From the NCBI GenBank assembly GCA_964586235.1, contig CAZPIO010000002.1, forward strand, positions 7,279 through 71,278: 64,000 nt of DNA, read 5' to 3'. How positions within the stretch are numbered: the stretch's first letter is position 1; each line of letters begins with the position of its first letter. This DNA comes from an uncultured Planctomycetales bacterium (GTDB taxonomy: Bacteria > Planctomycetota > Phycisphaerae > UBA1845 > PWPN01). This document shows, piece by piece, positions 36,508-46,707 of the stretch. A program made the position numbers and the translations under genes. Below the pieces are notes generated by a model. That model searched no databases. It saw only the letters and a list, made by a program, of their open reading frames with translations, and was not told the DNA's origin.

Positions 36508-38169
36508 ATGCACTTGAAACAACTGCGCAGACCGGCACCGAGCGGCATCAGAATAATTCTGCCGATGATCCTTGCACTCTCGGGTGCAGGCTGTGCATCG
36601 CCGTGGTGGAACTCCTACATCGACCCGACACAAGTGGGGAACTTCCACGCGAGCGTGATCACGGAGATCCAGGATACGGTCAGTTTTGAGGACAAGCCGT
36701 CGGGCATTCCCAATGCAGTCGACCCGACGCCCGAAGATCTGGTGGCCACGATCGAAGACTACCGGCTTGGGCCGGGTGACGTGTTTCAGATGAGCGCGCT
36801 CGATTATCTCGCCAAGGGCACGCAGAGCGAGTTCATTCTCACGGTGGACGATCTGGGTTACGTGGATGTCCCGCAACTCGGCCGAGTTCGCGTTCAGGGG
36901 CTCTCCTCGCCGGAGATTCGCGAGGAGCTGATTCGACAGGCCAAAGCCGCGGGCCTTTACGGGGAGGAATCGCAGCCAACGATCACCCTGATCCTGGGCG
37001 AACAGCAGAATCGAACGTTCAACGTATCAGGGGCGGTTCAGGTACCCGGTTCATACCGGATCCCCCGTGCGGACTTCAGGCTGAGCGAAGCGCTGAACAT
37101 GGCCGGCGGCTGGAGCGAAATGCTCCAGACACTCTACGTCAGTGGCAGGATTCAGACGATCTACGTTATTCGAGACGAGCCCAGGCCCAAGGTAGTGAAA
37201 GAACGGCCGGGAGAGGCCCCCTCGACCACCGACTCCGGTCAAGCGCCTGCCCAGCCCGTGGTGACAGCACCTGATATGGCCGTCACGGAAAGACCAGCCC
37301 CGCCGACGGATGGCGAGATCCAGTCCTCGGTCCGCCCGCAACAGGCCGGGCCCGCGCTTCCCAGCGAAGAAATAGAGAGGGATCTGATCGACGCGGTCAC
37401 CCCGCCCGGGACCACGTCAAGACCGGACGGCGAAGCGACCCCTGCGGCCCCGCCGTCGACAGAGGAGGCCCCGCCTCCGCTGCGTCCGTTTATTTTCGTG
37501 AACGATAAGCAGATTGAAGCCCCTGCCACACGACAGACAGCCCAGACACCCCCCCCATCTTCGACCAGCATGCAGGCCACCCCGCAGGCCCAGCAGGCCT
37601 CGCGGCCGGTGGACTGGAGCGAGCTGGCGGGCGAGGGACAGCAGAGGATCATCCGCATCTCGGCCGAGGCACTACGAAACGGGGACAGCAGCGCCAACAT
37701 TGTGATCCGCCACCGGGACTGGATCCGGGTGGTTACCGGGCCGGTGGGGTCCTACTATATCGGCGGCCACGTCGTCCAGCCGGGACAGTACCCCTGCGGA
37801 GGCGAGCAGATCACCTTGACCCAGGCAGTCATCGCCGCCCGAGGGCTGGATCCACTGGCCTGGCCAACGCGATGCGAGATTCGCAGACGTCTCGATCGGG
37901 ATCGTGAGCAGATTACGCAGTGGGATCTGGCACGAATCATGAGCGGGCAGGACCCGGACGTGTTCATTCGTCCGAACGACGTGATCAACATCGGTACGCA
38001 TGCGTTGGCGCCGTTCCTCTACACGATCCGGAACGCCTTCCGCTTCGCCTACGGTTTCTCGTTCTCCTACGATCGAAACTGGGCGGAGTACGACACGCTC
38101 GCGGGCCAGTACTATCGTGCCAGAACACAAGCAGCTCAGAGGGGCCTGCTCAGTGCCTTTGCAGATTGA
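36508..38169 (+). CDS. polysaccharide export protein (Wza-like: Poly_export plus SLBB-type domains) with long Pro/Ala/Thr/Gln-rich insertion
   Basis: I chose ATG at 36508, giving a lipoprotein-like signal ILPMILALSGAGC. LGPGDVFQMS matches the PGD motif of outer-membrane polysaccharide exporters. About 150 aa of low-complexity sequence lie mid-protein. Confidence 0.78.
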   Translation: MHLKQLRRPAPSGIRIILPMILALSGAGCASPWWNSYIDPTQVGNFHASVITEIQDTVSFEDKPSGIPNAVDPTPEDLVATIEDYRLGPGDVFQMSALDYLAKGTQSEFILTVDDLGYVDVPQLGRVRVQGLSSPEIREELIRQAKAAGLYGEESQPTITLILGEQQNRTFNVSGAVQVPGSYRIPRADFRLSEALNMAGGWSEMLQTLYVSGRIQTIYVIRDEPRPKVVKERPGEAPSTTDSGQAPAQPVVTAPDMAVTERPAPPTDGEIQSSVRPQQAGPALPSEEIERDLIDAVTPPGTTSRPDGEATPAAPPSTEEAPPPLRPFIFVNDKQIEAPATRQTAQTPPPSSTSMQATPQAQQASRPVDWSELAGEGQQRIIRISAEALRNGDSSANIVIRHRDWIRVVTGPVGSYYIGGHVVQPGQYPCGGEQITLTQAVIAARGLDPLAWPTRCEIRRRLDRDREQITQWDLARIMSGQDPDVFIRPNDVINIGTHALAPFLYTIRNAFRFAYGFSFSYDRNWAEYDTLAGQYYRARTQAAQRGLLSAFAD

Positions 38170-38191
38170 GCCACAAGAGGAAAGAGTCAGG

Positions 38192-39115
38192 ATGCACGCC
38201 AAGTCGCGAGCCTTGTGGACACCGGCGACGACGCTGCAGGTCACAGTGGTGACAGGCCTGCTGGTCGTGTTGTTCTGGCACGTGCTGGTTCGCCTGGTGA
38301 CCAAATGGCAGAGCAGCGAGGACTGGTCGCACGGGTTCATCATTCCGTTCTTCAGCATGTACTACCTGTATATCCGCCGAGACAGCCTGCCCGCCGCCCT
38401 GACCGATCGAAGCCTTCTGCCTCGCCTTGCGGGAGCGGCCCTGCTGATCCTCGCCTACCTGCTGTACATTCGGGCAACGGTCGCCCGGATCGACTACCCG
38501 AAGAACGTGGCCCTGGTGATGAGCATCATGGGGATCGTGCTGATGGTCTGCGGGTGGCCCATTGCGCGATGGGGTTGGTTCGCGATCGCCTTCCTGATGT
38601 TTGCGATGCCGCTGCCGGACAACGCTTATGGGCAGTTGACCAGCCCGCTGCAGCAGGTGGCCGCGCGCGTATCGGCGGGGGTACTTGCGACGGTGCCGGA
38701 CATGACGACCGAGGCGTCCGGGACGGTCGTCGAATACGTCTACCAAGGCCGGTCCGGAACACTTGACGTCGAGCGGGCGTGCAGCGGGATGCGGTTGCTG
38801 ATGACCATGACCGCTCTCGGGGTGGCGATGACCTTCGTCAACGAGCGGCCATTGTGGCAGCGTCTGCTGATGATCCTGATCTGCATTCCGATCGCGGTGT
38901 TCTGCAACATCATCCGCGTGACCACCACCGGATTCTTCGTGGTTTTTGGCCGTCAGGACCTGGCCCAGGGCACCCCGCACATGCTGCTGGGGTTGATGAT
39001 GCTGGCAGTCGCGTTTTCCCTGTACGGCGCGACCTCTTACATCTTGAACCATCTGTTTGTTGAAGGCCAACCCGAGCCTGGGGAAGAAAAGGCAACGGGA
39101 GGTGTTATCGGATGA
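38192..39115 (+). CDS. exosortase (EpsH/Xrt family transpeptidase)
   Basis: I chose ATG at 38192 after AAGAGGAAAGAG. Motifs: DWSHGFIIPF, catalytic-Cys context ERACSGMRLL, and FCNIIRV. Polytopic. Its stop overlaps the next start (ATGA at 39112-39115). Confidence 0.8.
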   Translation: MHAKSRALWTPATTLQVTVVTGLLVVLFWHVLVRLVTKWQSSEDWSHGFIIPFFSMYYLYIRRDSLPAALTDRSLLPRLAGAALLILAYLLYIRATVARIDYPKNVALVMSIMGIVLMVCGWPIARWGWFAIAFLMFAMPLPDNAYGQLTSPLQQVAARVSAGVLATVPDMTTEASGTVVEYVYQGRSGTLDVERACSGMRLLMTMTALGVAMTFVNERPLWQRLLMILICIPIAVFCNIIRVTTTGFFVVFGRQDLAQGTPHMLLGLMMLAVAFSLYGATSYILNHLFVEGQPEPGEEKATGGVIG

Positions 39116-41346
39116 CTTCGTTACCCATGACTGTCCAGGAACGCGTTCCCATGCCTTTCGGGCCGGTGGTCCGGCCGGACATGGCGGCGGGCATCTCGGT
39201 CCAGGACGTGATCCGCATATTGAAGCAGCGTGTCTTCCTGATCCTCTTTGTCTGGATCCTGGTGTTTGCCGCGAGCGGGGGACTCACCTTCGTGTGGCAG
39301 AAGTACTGGCCCGGTTACACCGCTAATGGCTATGTGATCGTGGAATCGCCGGTGACCAGAGCGCCCATGCAGCTCACTGACCCGATGGTAAACGTCGACC
39401 TCCTGGACAGGGCCGTGGCCGACCAGATGCAAAGACTGAAGGGAGAAGGGCTTCTCAGGGATCTGGTAACGAATGACCAGCGCGTGCGTGACACGGCATG
39501 GTTCAAGTCAGGCCGCGACGCCAACGACCGGCTGGCGAACCTCAAGGGCGGCCTCGCGGTCAGACAGATTCCAGAGACCAACTTCATCGCGATCGGGTTC
39601 ACCACCAAAAATCCAGAAGAAGCGCCTGTGATCATCAACCAGTTGATTGACAAGTATATCGCTCAGACCAGCAGCGCCTACGAGAGCAGGTACAAGACTG
39701 AGCGGGACACGTATGCGAGGAACGAACAGGACATCAAGAACCGCATGCAGGAGATTCAGAATCAGCAAGTGGAGTTCATGAAGTTAGAGCTGAGCGAGCC
39801 CGGCGTGACCCGGAACATCAACGTGTTGGGGGACACCTGGCGCGTGCTGGCTGAAGAGGCGACTCGGATCAGCGCCGAGAAACTCCAATACCAGGCCGCA
39901 TATGAGAATCTGCGCGACACGAGCTTCTCGCAGGCCGGACTCACGCCTCGGATGCGGGCGATAATCGAACAGGATCCGGAGGTGCTCGAGCTGCAGAACG
40001 CCAAGCTCGCGCACGAACAGCAGTTGATGAACCTGCAGAACCAGGGGTTGGGAGACAACCATCGTCAGGTCCGCGACCTCAAGAGCATGATAGACGTTCT
40101 GGACCGACAGTTGAGCGAGCTCAGGGCCCGCAAGGAGCAGGAAGTCCGCGAGGCCGAGCTCAGCCAGGCTGAGACTCTCTACCTCAACGCGATGCAGGCC
40201 GAGCAGCAGTTGCTGGACCGCGTGGAGGAGGTCAAGTCAAAACAGCGCGATCTTGACCGCCAGATGGCGACGTACGAGGCGCGTGAGAAAGAGTATACGC
40301 TCCTTCAAGACCAACTGGGGAGGGTCAGCGACTATGTTACCCAGTTGCAGATGTTGATCAACACCAGCGGTGCGACGCGGGTGCAGGGCGTGCAAGCCGC
40401 TGTGCCACTGGAACGGTCGAAACCGCGGTGGGAGTACAATCTGCCGGCGGGGTTCATGCTGGGTCTGCTGCTGGGCGTGGGCCTGGCCATGCTTCTGGAG
40501 TTCATGGACACTTCGTTGAAGACCGGTCGTGATGTCGTCCGCCACGTGCACGTGCCCATCCTCGGCACCGTGCCGGATCTGGACGACGAAGAAGTGCCGA
40601 TCGAATCGATCGAGACGGCCGCTCATGTGGCTCCCCGCTCGATGGTGGCGGAGGCGTTCCGGACCATACGGACGAATCTGCTGCTGACCTGCCCTGCCGA
40701 TCGGCAGCGAACCATTCTGGTCACCAGCCCCCGGCCGGAAGATGGCAGGACATCCGTCGCGACGAATCTCGCCATCTCGCTCGCACAGAGCGGGCGTCGT
40801 GTGCTGCTCGTCGACGCCAACTTCCACCGCCCCCGGCTGCACACGATCTTTCGCAGGAACGGCGTGAACGGTCTGAGCAACGCCCTGCTCGGCCAGGCAC
40901 GCCTTGCAGACGTAGTCACCAAGACGGATCTCCCGAATCTCGACGTGCTGACAAGCGGGCCGATCCCTCCGAATCCCACGGAACTGCTGGGCGGCTCGTA
41001 CCTCCAACAGGTCATCGACCAGGCGACCGAGCGATACGACCAGATCATCTTCGACGGCCCGCCCGCCCTTCTGGTCAGCGACGTGCTGGTTATGACTCCC
41101 AGCGTGGACGGTGTGATCCTCGTATGCCGGGCGCGGAGCTGCTCTCGGGGTGTCGCCCAACGAGCGCGCGAGCAAATCGAGAGAGTTGAAGGCCACATAT
41201 TCGGGGCGGTTCTCAACGCGGCCCAGGTCGCCCGCGGCGGCTACTTCCGCGAGCAGATCCGCAGCTACTATGACTACCAGTCCGAGCAATTGTTGGAGGC
41301 TGAGGGAGCGCGCGAACTGCCTCGCGAAGAGCCGGACAAGACATAG
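39112..41346 (+). CDS. polysaccharide co-polymerase / tyrosine autokinase (Wzc/GumC-like)
   Basis: An N-terminal Wzz-like region with TM and a long coiled coil is followed by a second TM. P-loop kinase motifs: VTSPRPEDGRTSVATNLA, VLLVDANFHRP, DGVILVCRA. The tail is Tyr-rich (SYYDYQ). Confidence 0.85.
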   Translation: MTSLPMTVQERVPMPFGPVVRPDMAAGISVQDVIRILKQRVFLILFVWILVFAASGGLTFVWQKYWPGYTANGYVIVESPVTRAPMQLTDPMVNVDLLDRAVADQMQRLKGEGLLRDLVTNDQRVRDTAWFKSGRDANDRLANLKGGLAVRQIPETNFIAIGFTTKNPEEAPVIINQLIDKYIAQTSSAYESRYKTERDTYARNEQDIKNRMQEIQNQQVEFMKLELSEPGVTRNINVLGDTWRVLAEEATRISAEKLQYQAAYENLRDTSFSQAGLTPRMRAIIEQDPEVLELQNAKLAHEQQLMNLQNQGLGDNHRQVRDLKSMIDVLDRQLSELRARKEQEVREAELSQAETLYLNAMQAEQQLLDRVEEVKSKQRDLDRQMATYEAREKEYTLLQDQLGRVSDYVTQLQMLINTSGATRVQGVQAAVPLERSKPRWEYNLPAGFMLGLLLGVGLAMLLEFMDTSLKTGRDVVRHVHVPILGTVPDLDDEEVPIESIETAAHVAPRSMVAEAFRTIRTNLLLTCPADRQRTILVTSPRPEDGRTSVATNLAISLAQSGRRVLLVDANFHRPRLHTIFRRNGVNGLSNALLGQARLADVVTKTDLPNLDVLTSGPIPPNPTELLGGSYLQQVIDQATERYDQIIFDGPPALLVSDVLVMTPSVDGVILVCRARSCSRGVAQRAREQIERVEGHIFGAVLNAAQVARGGYFREQIRSYYDYQSEQLLEAEGARELPREEPDKT

Positions 41347-41374
41347 CTCCGGCAAGCGATGGCATCTGAACCGA

Positions 41375-41411
41375 AACGGCCGGCCTCCGGGTCGGCCGTT
41401 CCGCTTTTCGG
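41375..41411. terminator. putative bidirectional intrinsic terminator between convergent genes
   Basis: The stem aacggccg/cggccgtt (41375-41382 and 41393-41400) is flanked by ccgaaa on the left and cttttcgg on the right. This gives a U-tract in either orientation. Confidence 0.5.
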
Positions 41412-41448
41412 GGCGTACCCCGAGCGGCAGCCCGGTCTTCATGGCGGG

Positions 41449-42540
41449 TCAGTTGGCACAGTCCGGCTCGGCTGGGACGCCAGGCCCGCTGAGGCATTGA
41501 AAGAACAGGGCGAAGTCGACAGCGTCAACATCCACGTCCCCGTCCATCCGCGCGTCCACGCAAGGCCACACGGTCTGGGACGGCTCGACGCCGGAGTAGC
41601 AGGCCTGGAAAAGGCCGAAGTCCACCTGGTCGACATCATTGTCGTAATCGAGGTCTCCAGGAGTCCAAACGGTCAGGGATACCGGAACGAGCACGGCGGG
41701 GTTGACGGCCGCCGGATCACTGACGGTTATGGCAGCCTGGTATTGGCCCACGGCCAGGGCGGGTATCGTGTAGCTGACCGTTATCGGGTCACTCTCGCCC
41801 GCGCTGGCTCCGGCAGCCGGCAGACAATCGAGCCAACCGGCGTTGTCGGTGATGGTGAAGTTCAGCGTCCCGCCGCCGGTATTCTGCACGAGAAGAACAT
41901 CCGCTTGAGCATTGCTGCCCACGCGAATCTTGTGTTCAAACGAGCCAGGGGAAACCGAGATCTCGGGCGGTCCGGGGATGACCTCGGTGATGGAGATGTC
42001 GTCATACCATGCATCGCCGTCGGTATGGCGGGTCAGAACCGCGGCAATGCGATTCGCGCCCGTCGGGGCGACCACCGTCCAGGCGATCTCTCGCCAATCG
42101 TAGTTCAGCGTCTCCTGTTCAGGCATTTTCGAATCGCCAATGTTTGTGTCGTTGTTGAAGAACCAGACGCCGAAGACGTACCACCCCGCGGGGTTCTGGA
42201 CGTTCGCGGTCTTGACCCAGGCGCTGACGCGATAGGTCTTGCCGGCGGTGATGGAGTTGTAGGGGCTCACCTGCCGGAGCATGCCCAGGTCCCATGTGGA
42301 GTTCGCCTTGAGCCACTGCGAGTAGGAGCCCGAGTGCCTGGTAGAGGTCGTAAGAACGTCCACGTCGGGGTGTGGCTCAGCGTCGTTGGTTTCCCAGTAC
42401 AGTCCGACGCCGAGGTAGGTCGGCGATTCACCTGCCTCGAACCCGGGGTTGAGGATCAGGTTCGGTCCAGCCCAGGCTGCGGGCGCTGCCAGTCCGGCCC
42501 AGGCGACGGCGGTAATGATAGTGGTCCGATATGGGGCCAT
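41449..42540 (-). CDS. secreted carbohydrate-binding protein (CBM4/9-like, Ig/BACON-like segment, C-terminal dockerin-like module)
   Basis: ATG at 42540 after GGGAGGA. Signal peptide TAVAWAGLAAPAAWA. NPGFEAG opens a CBM-like jelly roll. The C-terminal GDLDYDNDVDQVDFGLFQACYSG...DGDVDVDAVDFALFFQCLSG parallels the tail of 4275..5894. Confidence 0.75.
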   Translation of the reverse strand: MAPYRTTIITAVAWAGLAAPAAWAGPNLILNPGFEAGESPTYLGVGLYWETNDAEPHPDVDVLTTSTRHSGSYSQWLKANSTWDLGMLRQVSPYNSITAGKTYRVSAWVKTANVQNPAGWYVFGVWFFNNDTNIGDSKMPEQETLNYDWREIAWTVVAPTGANRIAAVLTRHTDGDAWYDDISITEVIPGPPEISVSPGSFEHKIRVGSNAQADVLLVQNTGGGTLNFTITDNAGWLDCLPAAGASAGESDPITVSYTIPALAVGQYQAAITVSDPAAVNPAVLVPVSLTVWTPGDLDYDNDVDQVDFGLFQACYSGVEPSQTVWPCVDARMDGDVDVDAVDFALFFQCLSGPGVPAEPDCAN

Positions 42541-42670
42541 GTGCCCCTGTCCTCCCGACGATGACCCGCGCGACTCACTCGTTCGAACTGCTTATCATTG
42601 TATCGCCCTGAGCGGGCAAAGAGTATCCCTTTTTCGCCGGGTCACCCGGTCGGATCTGGTTGGGCAGGCT

Positions 42671-43510
42671 TCATCCGACGTTGGCCCGGAGGAACTTCAG
42701 GCCCCGCCTGGCGAGATCATCGCCGTCCTTGGCCAGCGGGCGCCAGATGGCCGCTGCGGCCGCGAGTTCCTTGATTGCCGGAACAAAGCTCTCGATGGTC
42801 ATCCAGCGGTTGTACTTGAGCTGCTTGAGGGTCTTGAAGAAGTTCTCCCATGGTACATGGCCGGTCCCGGGGATGCCGCGATCGTTTTCGCAGGCGTGGA
42901 CGTGCACCAGATGTTTAGCCCCGACCTTTTTGAGGGCCGCGGTGGGGTCCTTCTCCTCGATGTTGGCGTGGAAGGTGTCGTAGTGGACGCCGACGTGGGT
43001 GCTGCCGACCTCGCGGCAGAGCTTGACTGCATCTTCGCAGGTGTTCAGGAAGAAGGTTTCGAACCGGTTGATCGGCTCGATGCCGACGGTGATATCGAGG
43101 ACCTCGGCCGCATCGGCGATCTTGCGGAGGCTGGCAACGGCGTGCTTCCACTCGGCCGCGTTTCGTCCCCGGCCGACAAGCTTGCCGACCGGTGAATACA
43201 GCGGTCCGGCCACGCAATCAGAACCGATGGCCTTGCTGACCTCCAGCACGCGGACGACGTGGTCGATGGCCGCCTGCCGCTCCTTGGCGTCCGGGCTGAT
43301 CAGCGAGCCGGTGACGATGACCGTGCAGACCGTCGAGCCGAGACCGTTCGCCTCAAGGGCCTTGCGCGTCGCGGGCACATCCACCGCCTTGGGGTCGAAC
43401 ATGGGGAACTCGACGCCGTCGAATCCCAGCCTGGCCACTTTGTCGATCAGAGGGATGCCCTTGCGCGTGAAGCACCCCGTCCACAGCATCAGGTCACAAC
43501 CGATCTTCAT
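42671..43510 (-). CDS. sugar phosphate isomerase/epimerase (xylose-isomerase-like TIM barrel, ketose 3-epimerase-like)
   Basis: I chose ATG at 43510 after AGGAGG. Motifs: GFDGVEFPMF, IEPINRFE, HVHACENDRG. Confidence 0.85.
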   Translation of the reverse strand: MKIGCDLMLWTGCFTRKGIPLIDKVARLGFDGVEFPMFDPKAVDVPATRKALEANGLGSTVCTVIVTGSLISPDAKERQAAIDHVVRVLEVSKAIGSDCVAGPLYSPVGKLVGRGRNAAEWKHAVASLRKIADAAEVLDITVGIEPINRFETFFLNTCEDAVKLCREVGSTHVGVHYDTFHANIEEKDPTAALKKVGAKHLVHVHACENDRGIPGTGHVPWENFFKTLKQLKYNRWMTIESFVPAIKELAAAAAIWRPLAKDGDDLARRGLKFLRANVG

Positions 43511-43686
43511 GTCAAACCTCCTGTATAAAAATGCCCGCGTTGAGCGGCCCGGACAGTTGGCCGGGTGACTGGTCTCATGTCCATTTGACCGACCCGCCCA
43601 TTGCCCATAACACGCCCGACGGGTCGGGGATATCATACCCAGGTGCCAGGGTCAATGCGACAGCGCAAAGCTGTTGCGGCCTTGCC

Positions 43687-45930
43687 TCATCTGCCCATCT
43701 GGAACTGCCAGCGGACTAGGTACCACGTTTTCGGATCCTTGCCGGTTGTGTCGGGCCAGACCCAATGGGCGCCGGTGCCGAGGTAGTCGCCTGCCATGTA
43801 GAAGTGCGGCGGGATGCCCAGTTCGCCGACCACCTTCATGGCCACTTGCCCGCCGACCGTCGCGGTCGGATCTGCCAGGTACTTCTTCAGCGCGGCATCG
43901 TCACACACCTCCGCCTTGAGCTTGTCAGACGACTTCGACATGATGCCACCGGCGGTGCGGATCAGGCCGATGATCATGCCGGCCGACTTATCGTTGCGGA
44001 CGCGCAGGGCCAGTTCGTTCCTGCCGGGTCTGGCGTGGGCCGAGAACACCGTCCCTTCTCCCAGCGACGACTGTCTGGCCATCAGCCGGCCGTTGAGGTA
44101 GATCTCGGATTGCCCATCGCACGCCAGCACGAATTCAACCGGCACGCCGTTCTGCTGGAACGGCTCGCCCATCTGCTCGAACTCGGACTCGTCGGCCTTC
44201 TTGACGTGGAACAAGTACAGGCATCCGCCGACCGGCCGTCGGCACATCGGCACCAGCCGGGTCAAGCATTTTTTCGATCCGTCGGCAGACTCGACGATCA
44301 CGGGGATGGAGTTGCCCTCGACCCTGTCGGACGCGATGCGAACGGTCGGCACGCGATCCGAGGCAATCAAGCCCTCCTCCACCAGCGCATCCGGCAGGCA
44401 CATGAGATCGCCGCCGAGGAACAAGCGGACCGGCTCGCCGGGCCTCACGTCATCCGCATACACACCCGCGCGGCGGAGTTCCTTGGGAAAAGTCACATCC
44501 ATGCTGACAGTCTCGCCGCCAAGACACGGCACATTCGCCCAGCCGTTAACGGCGGTCTGGGGCTTGTCGTCGATGCTCAGTTCGCTGCACCAGCCGGGCA
44601 CACGAAGCCGCAGCACCACATCCAGAGGCTGAGGCGACTCGGCCTTGACCTTCCACGTAGTCGGTCCGCGTTGCTGGGTGCTCACAGTCACTTCGCGGCC
44701 GTCAAGTTTGAACGTCCACCGACCTGAGGCCATCCACGTCACCGTGGGTCTGCGGTCAACGAGCACCACGCCCCAGCGGGCCACGTCGGCCAGCACCTGC
44801 GTAGCGTGCATGCAGCAGCACCAGTAGGCGTCGGCGCCGCTCGGATCGATGCCGCCACCCGGCCAGGCGTCCTGCCCGTCGCGCAGCGCGCGGAAGATCC
44901 GGTGCCCCACGCCGCCATTGAGCCACTGAACGGCCAGCAGATGATTCCGCAGCACGCCCGCGGCCACGTCGAGATACATCGGGTCGCCGGTCGCCCGCCA
45001 GAGGAAGAGGTTGACTCGAATCCAGTCGGCCTCCGTGCAGCCTTCGTCGCGGGTGTCGGTGCGGTCGAACGTTTCCGTGACCCCGCCGGTGGGCAGCGAG
45101 AACCGCTCGCGAACCGTGCGGCAGTCGGCGACGATGGTGTCGAGGAACTCGGGCTTGTCCGCCAGCCGATCGAGATCGAGCATCCCGCGATAGGCGGTGA
45201 ACCGGCCGTGGCTGTGATGCTTCTCGAAAGCCCGGTCCAGCAGCGAGAGGCGGGCGATAAAGCGGCCTTCCTCGGCGTACTTGGCGTCGCCGGTGACCTC
45301 GGCCAGCGCGGCCAGGCCGTCGATCAGCGAGGGATAGCAGGTGGTGAAGCCGGAAGCATAGGCCCCGCCGACGCGTTCGAAGTTCTCACGCTTGCCATAG
45401 TAGGGGCGGGTGCTGATCGCGTAGTCACCGATCCTGCGGGCGACCTCCAGCAGGCTGGCGTTGGGCTTGATCTTCTGCCGCTCGCACAGAGCCAGCAGCA
45501 GCCGCCCGTTGCCCCAGAGGATGGGCATATCGCGGGTCTGGTTGACCCCGCCCGCGAGGTCCTGATCGGCCCCGAAGTGGCCGTCGTCCTTCTGGTACTT
45601 CGGCAACTCGGCCGCCAGCACGTCTGCCATCGACGAGGTGGCTTCGACCAACGGCCCGGCCGCCTGCAGCGCGCCCAGCATGCGCCCGGAGATGTCGCCG
45701 CTGTACTCGGTGAACCGACGTTTCATGTGAGGAACGACGTCGGAGAGCACGAACTCAAGTTCGTTGAGCGGCGGCGAGTTCAGTCGTCGATAGGCGCCGT
45801 CCAGGGCCAGGCGCGTGCCGGCCGTCGGCACCGCCCGGTCCGCGAATCGAATATCGAGCCCTTTGCCACCCGTCGATTGTGCTGCCGCTGCTGCCGTCAT
45901 CGCCGCTACCACCAAACCCGCGAGCCACAT
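43687..45930 (-). CDS. secreted hypothetical protein, possibly (alpha/alpha)6-barrel glycoside hydrolase (DUF1680/GH127-like) with C-terminal beta-sandwich
   Basis: Signal peptide MWLAGLVVAAMTAAAAAQS. The helical-repeat N-terminal two-thirds includes YSGDISGRMLGALQAAG and ILWGNGRLLLALCE. The family call is by resemblance only. Confidence 0.55.
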   Translation of the reverse strand: MWLAGLVVAAMTAAAAAQSTGGKGLDIRFADRAVPTAGTRLALDGAYRRLNSPPLNELEFVLSDVVPHMKRRFTEYSGDISGRMLGALQAAGPLVEATSSMADVLAAELPKYQKDDGHFGADQDLAGGVNQTRDMPILWGNGRLLLALCERQKIKPNASLLEVARRIGDYAISTRPYYGKRENFERVGGAYASGFTTCYPSLIDGLAALAEVTGDAKYAEEGRFIARLSLLDRAFEKHHSHGRFTAYRGMLDLDRLADKPEFLDTIVADCRTVRERFSLPTGGVTETFDRTDTRDEGCTEADWIRVNLFLWRATGDPMYLDVAAGVLRNHLLAVQWLNGGVGHRIFRALRDGQDAWPGGGIDPSGADAYWCCCMHATQVLADVARWGVVLVDRRPTVTWMASGRWTFKLDGREVTVSTQQRGPTTWKVKAESPQPLDVVLRLRVPGWCSELSIDDKPQTAVNGWANVPCLGGETVSMDVTFPKELRRAGVYADDVRPGEPVRLFLGGDLMCLPDALVEEGLIASDRVPTVRIASDRVEGNSIPVIVESADGSKKCLTRLVPMCRRPVGGCLYLFHVKKADESEFEQMGEPFQQNGVPVEFVLACDGQSEIYLNGRLMARQSSLGEGTVFSAHARPGRNELALRVRNDKSAGMIIGLIRTAGGIMSKSSDKLKAEVCDDAALKKYLADPTATVGGQVAMKVVGELGIPPHFYMAGDYLGTGAHWVWPDTTGKDPKTWYLVRWQFQMGR

Positions 45931-46093
45931 GTGCAGACCCTTTCACATTCAAACGTTGCCGCCAGCCAAGCCATGGGCGAAAGCATATCTCCGATCACTT
46001 GCGCCACCAAGGATAGCCCGATCCTGTGCTTTGAGCCTACCGTCTCCTGATCCCCCGTTGCCCCGGATGCGGCATTCGCTTACCTTGGAACCG

Positions 46094-46627
46094 ATGTCCA
46101 GGCAGACAACAATAATACTTGCACTGGTGATTGCCTTCGTTGTGTCGGTTGTGTCCGCGTGTTTTGTTTTCCGTGATGACCTCCTCTTCGCCTGGGATGG
46201 CCTTTCGTACCCCGTACCCGAGGACTTTGTCGACAAGCAAATCGGCAGAATTGTCAAGAACCGGGGCTGCAGTCCTCGACAACTGGCGCTCTTCGAAGAC
46301 TACTGCCATCGCAGCGCGGTGGGCGGATTATATGCCTATGGGGAGATGTGGAGCCTGTTCGTTCGTGACCCGGAGATGATCCGTCGCATCAATGCGGCCG
46401 ACTCAACAGGCAAGCTCGCATTCGGAATCCTGCACAATGGGCCATCCTGCTATCTGGAATTTCACGATCGTCAAATACCGGAGGAGTTGGCCGTCAAAGC
46501 AACAACCCTCTATCATCGTGATCTTCCGAACTACCTCCCCAACACCACAGGCCTTCAAGAAGAGTGGGATAGACTCGTTACCGATCGTGGGCCGAGCACG
46601 CAACCCGCACAACCGGGACCCCATTGA
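46094..46627 (+). CDS. hypothetical membrane-anchored protein (orphan)
   Basis: ATG at 46094 gives an N-terminal TM anchor, TTIILALVIAFVVSVVSACFVF. The region is visibly lower in GC than its surroundings. No recognisable motif. Confidence 0.45.
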   Translation: MSRQTTIILALVIAFVVSVVSACFVFRDDLLFAWDGLSYPVPEDFVDKQIGRIVKNRGCSPRQLALFEDYCHRSAVGGLYAYGEMWSLFVRDPEMIRRINAADSTGKLAFGILHNGPSCYLEFHDRQIPEELAVKATTLYHRDLPNYLPNTTGLQEEWDRLVTDRGPSTQPAQPGPH

Positions 46628-46707
46628 CCGGTCATTGGCCAACGTCTTTTCGGATCTCAACTGAAGCTTGGCGTACAGAGGAGCATGCCCGACCGCTCAG
46701 ATCGGGC

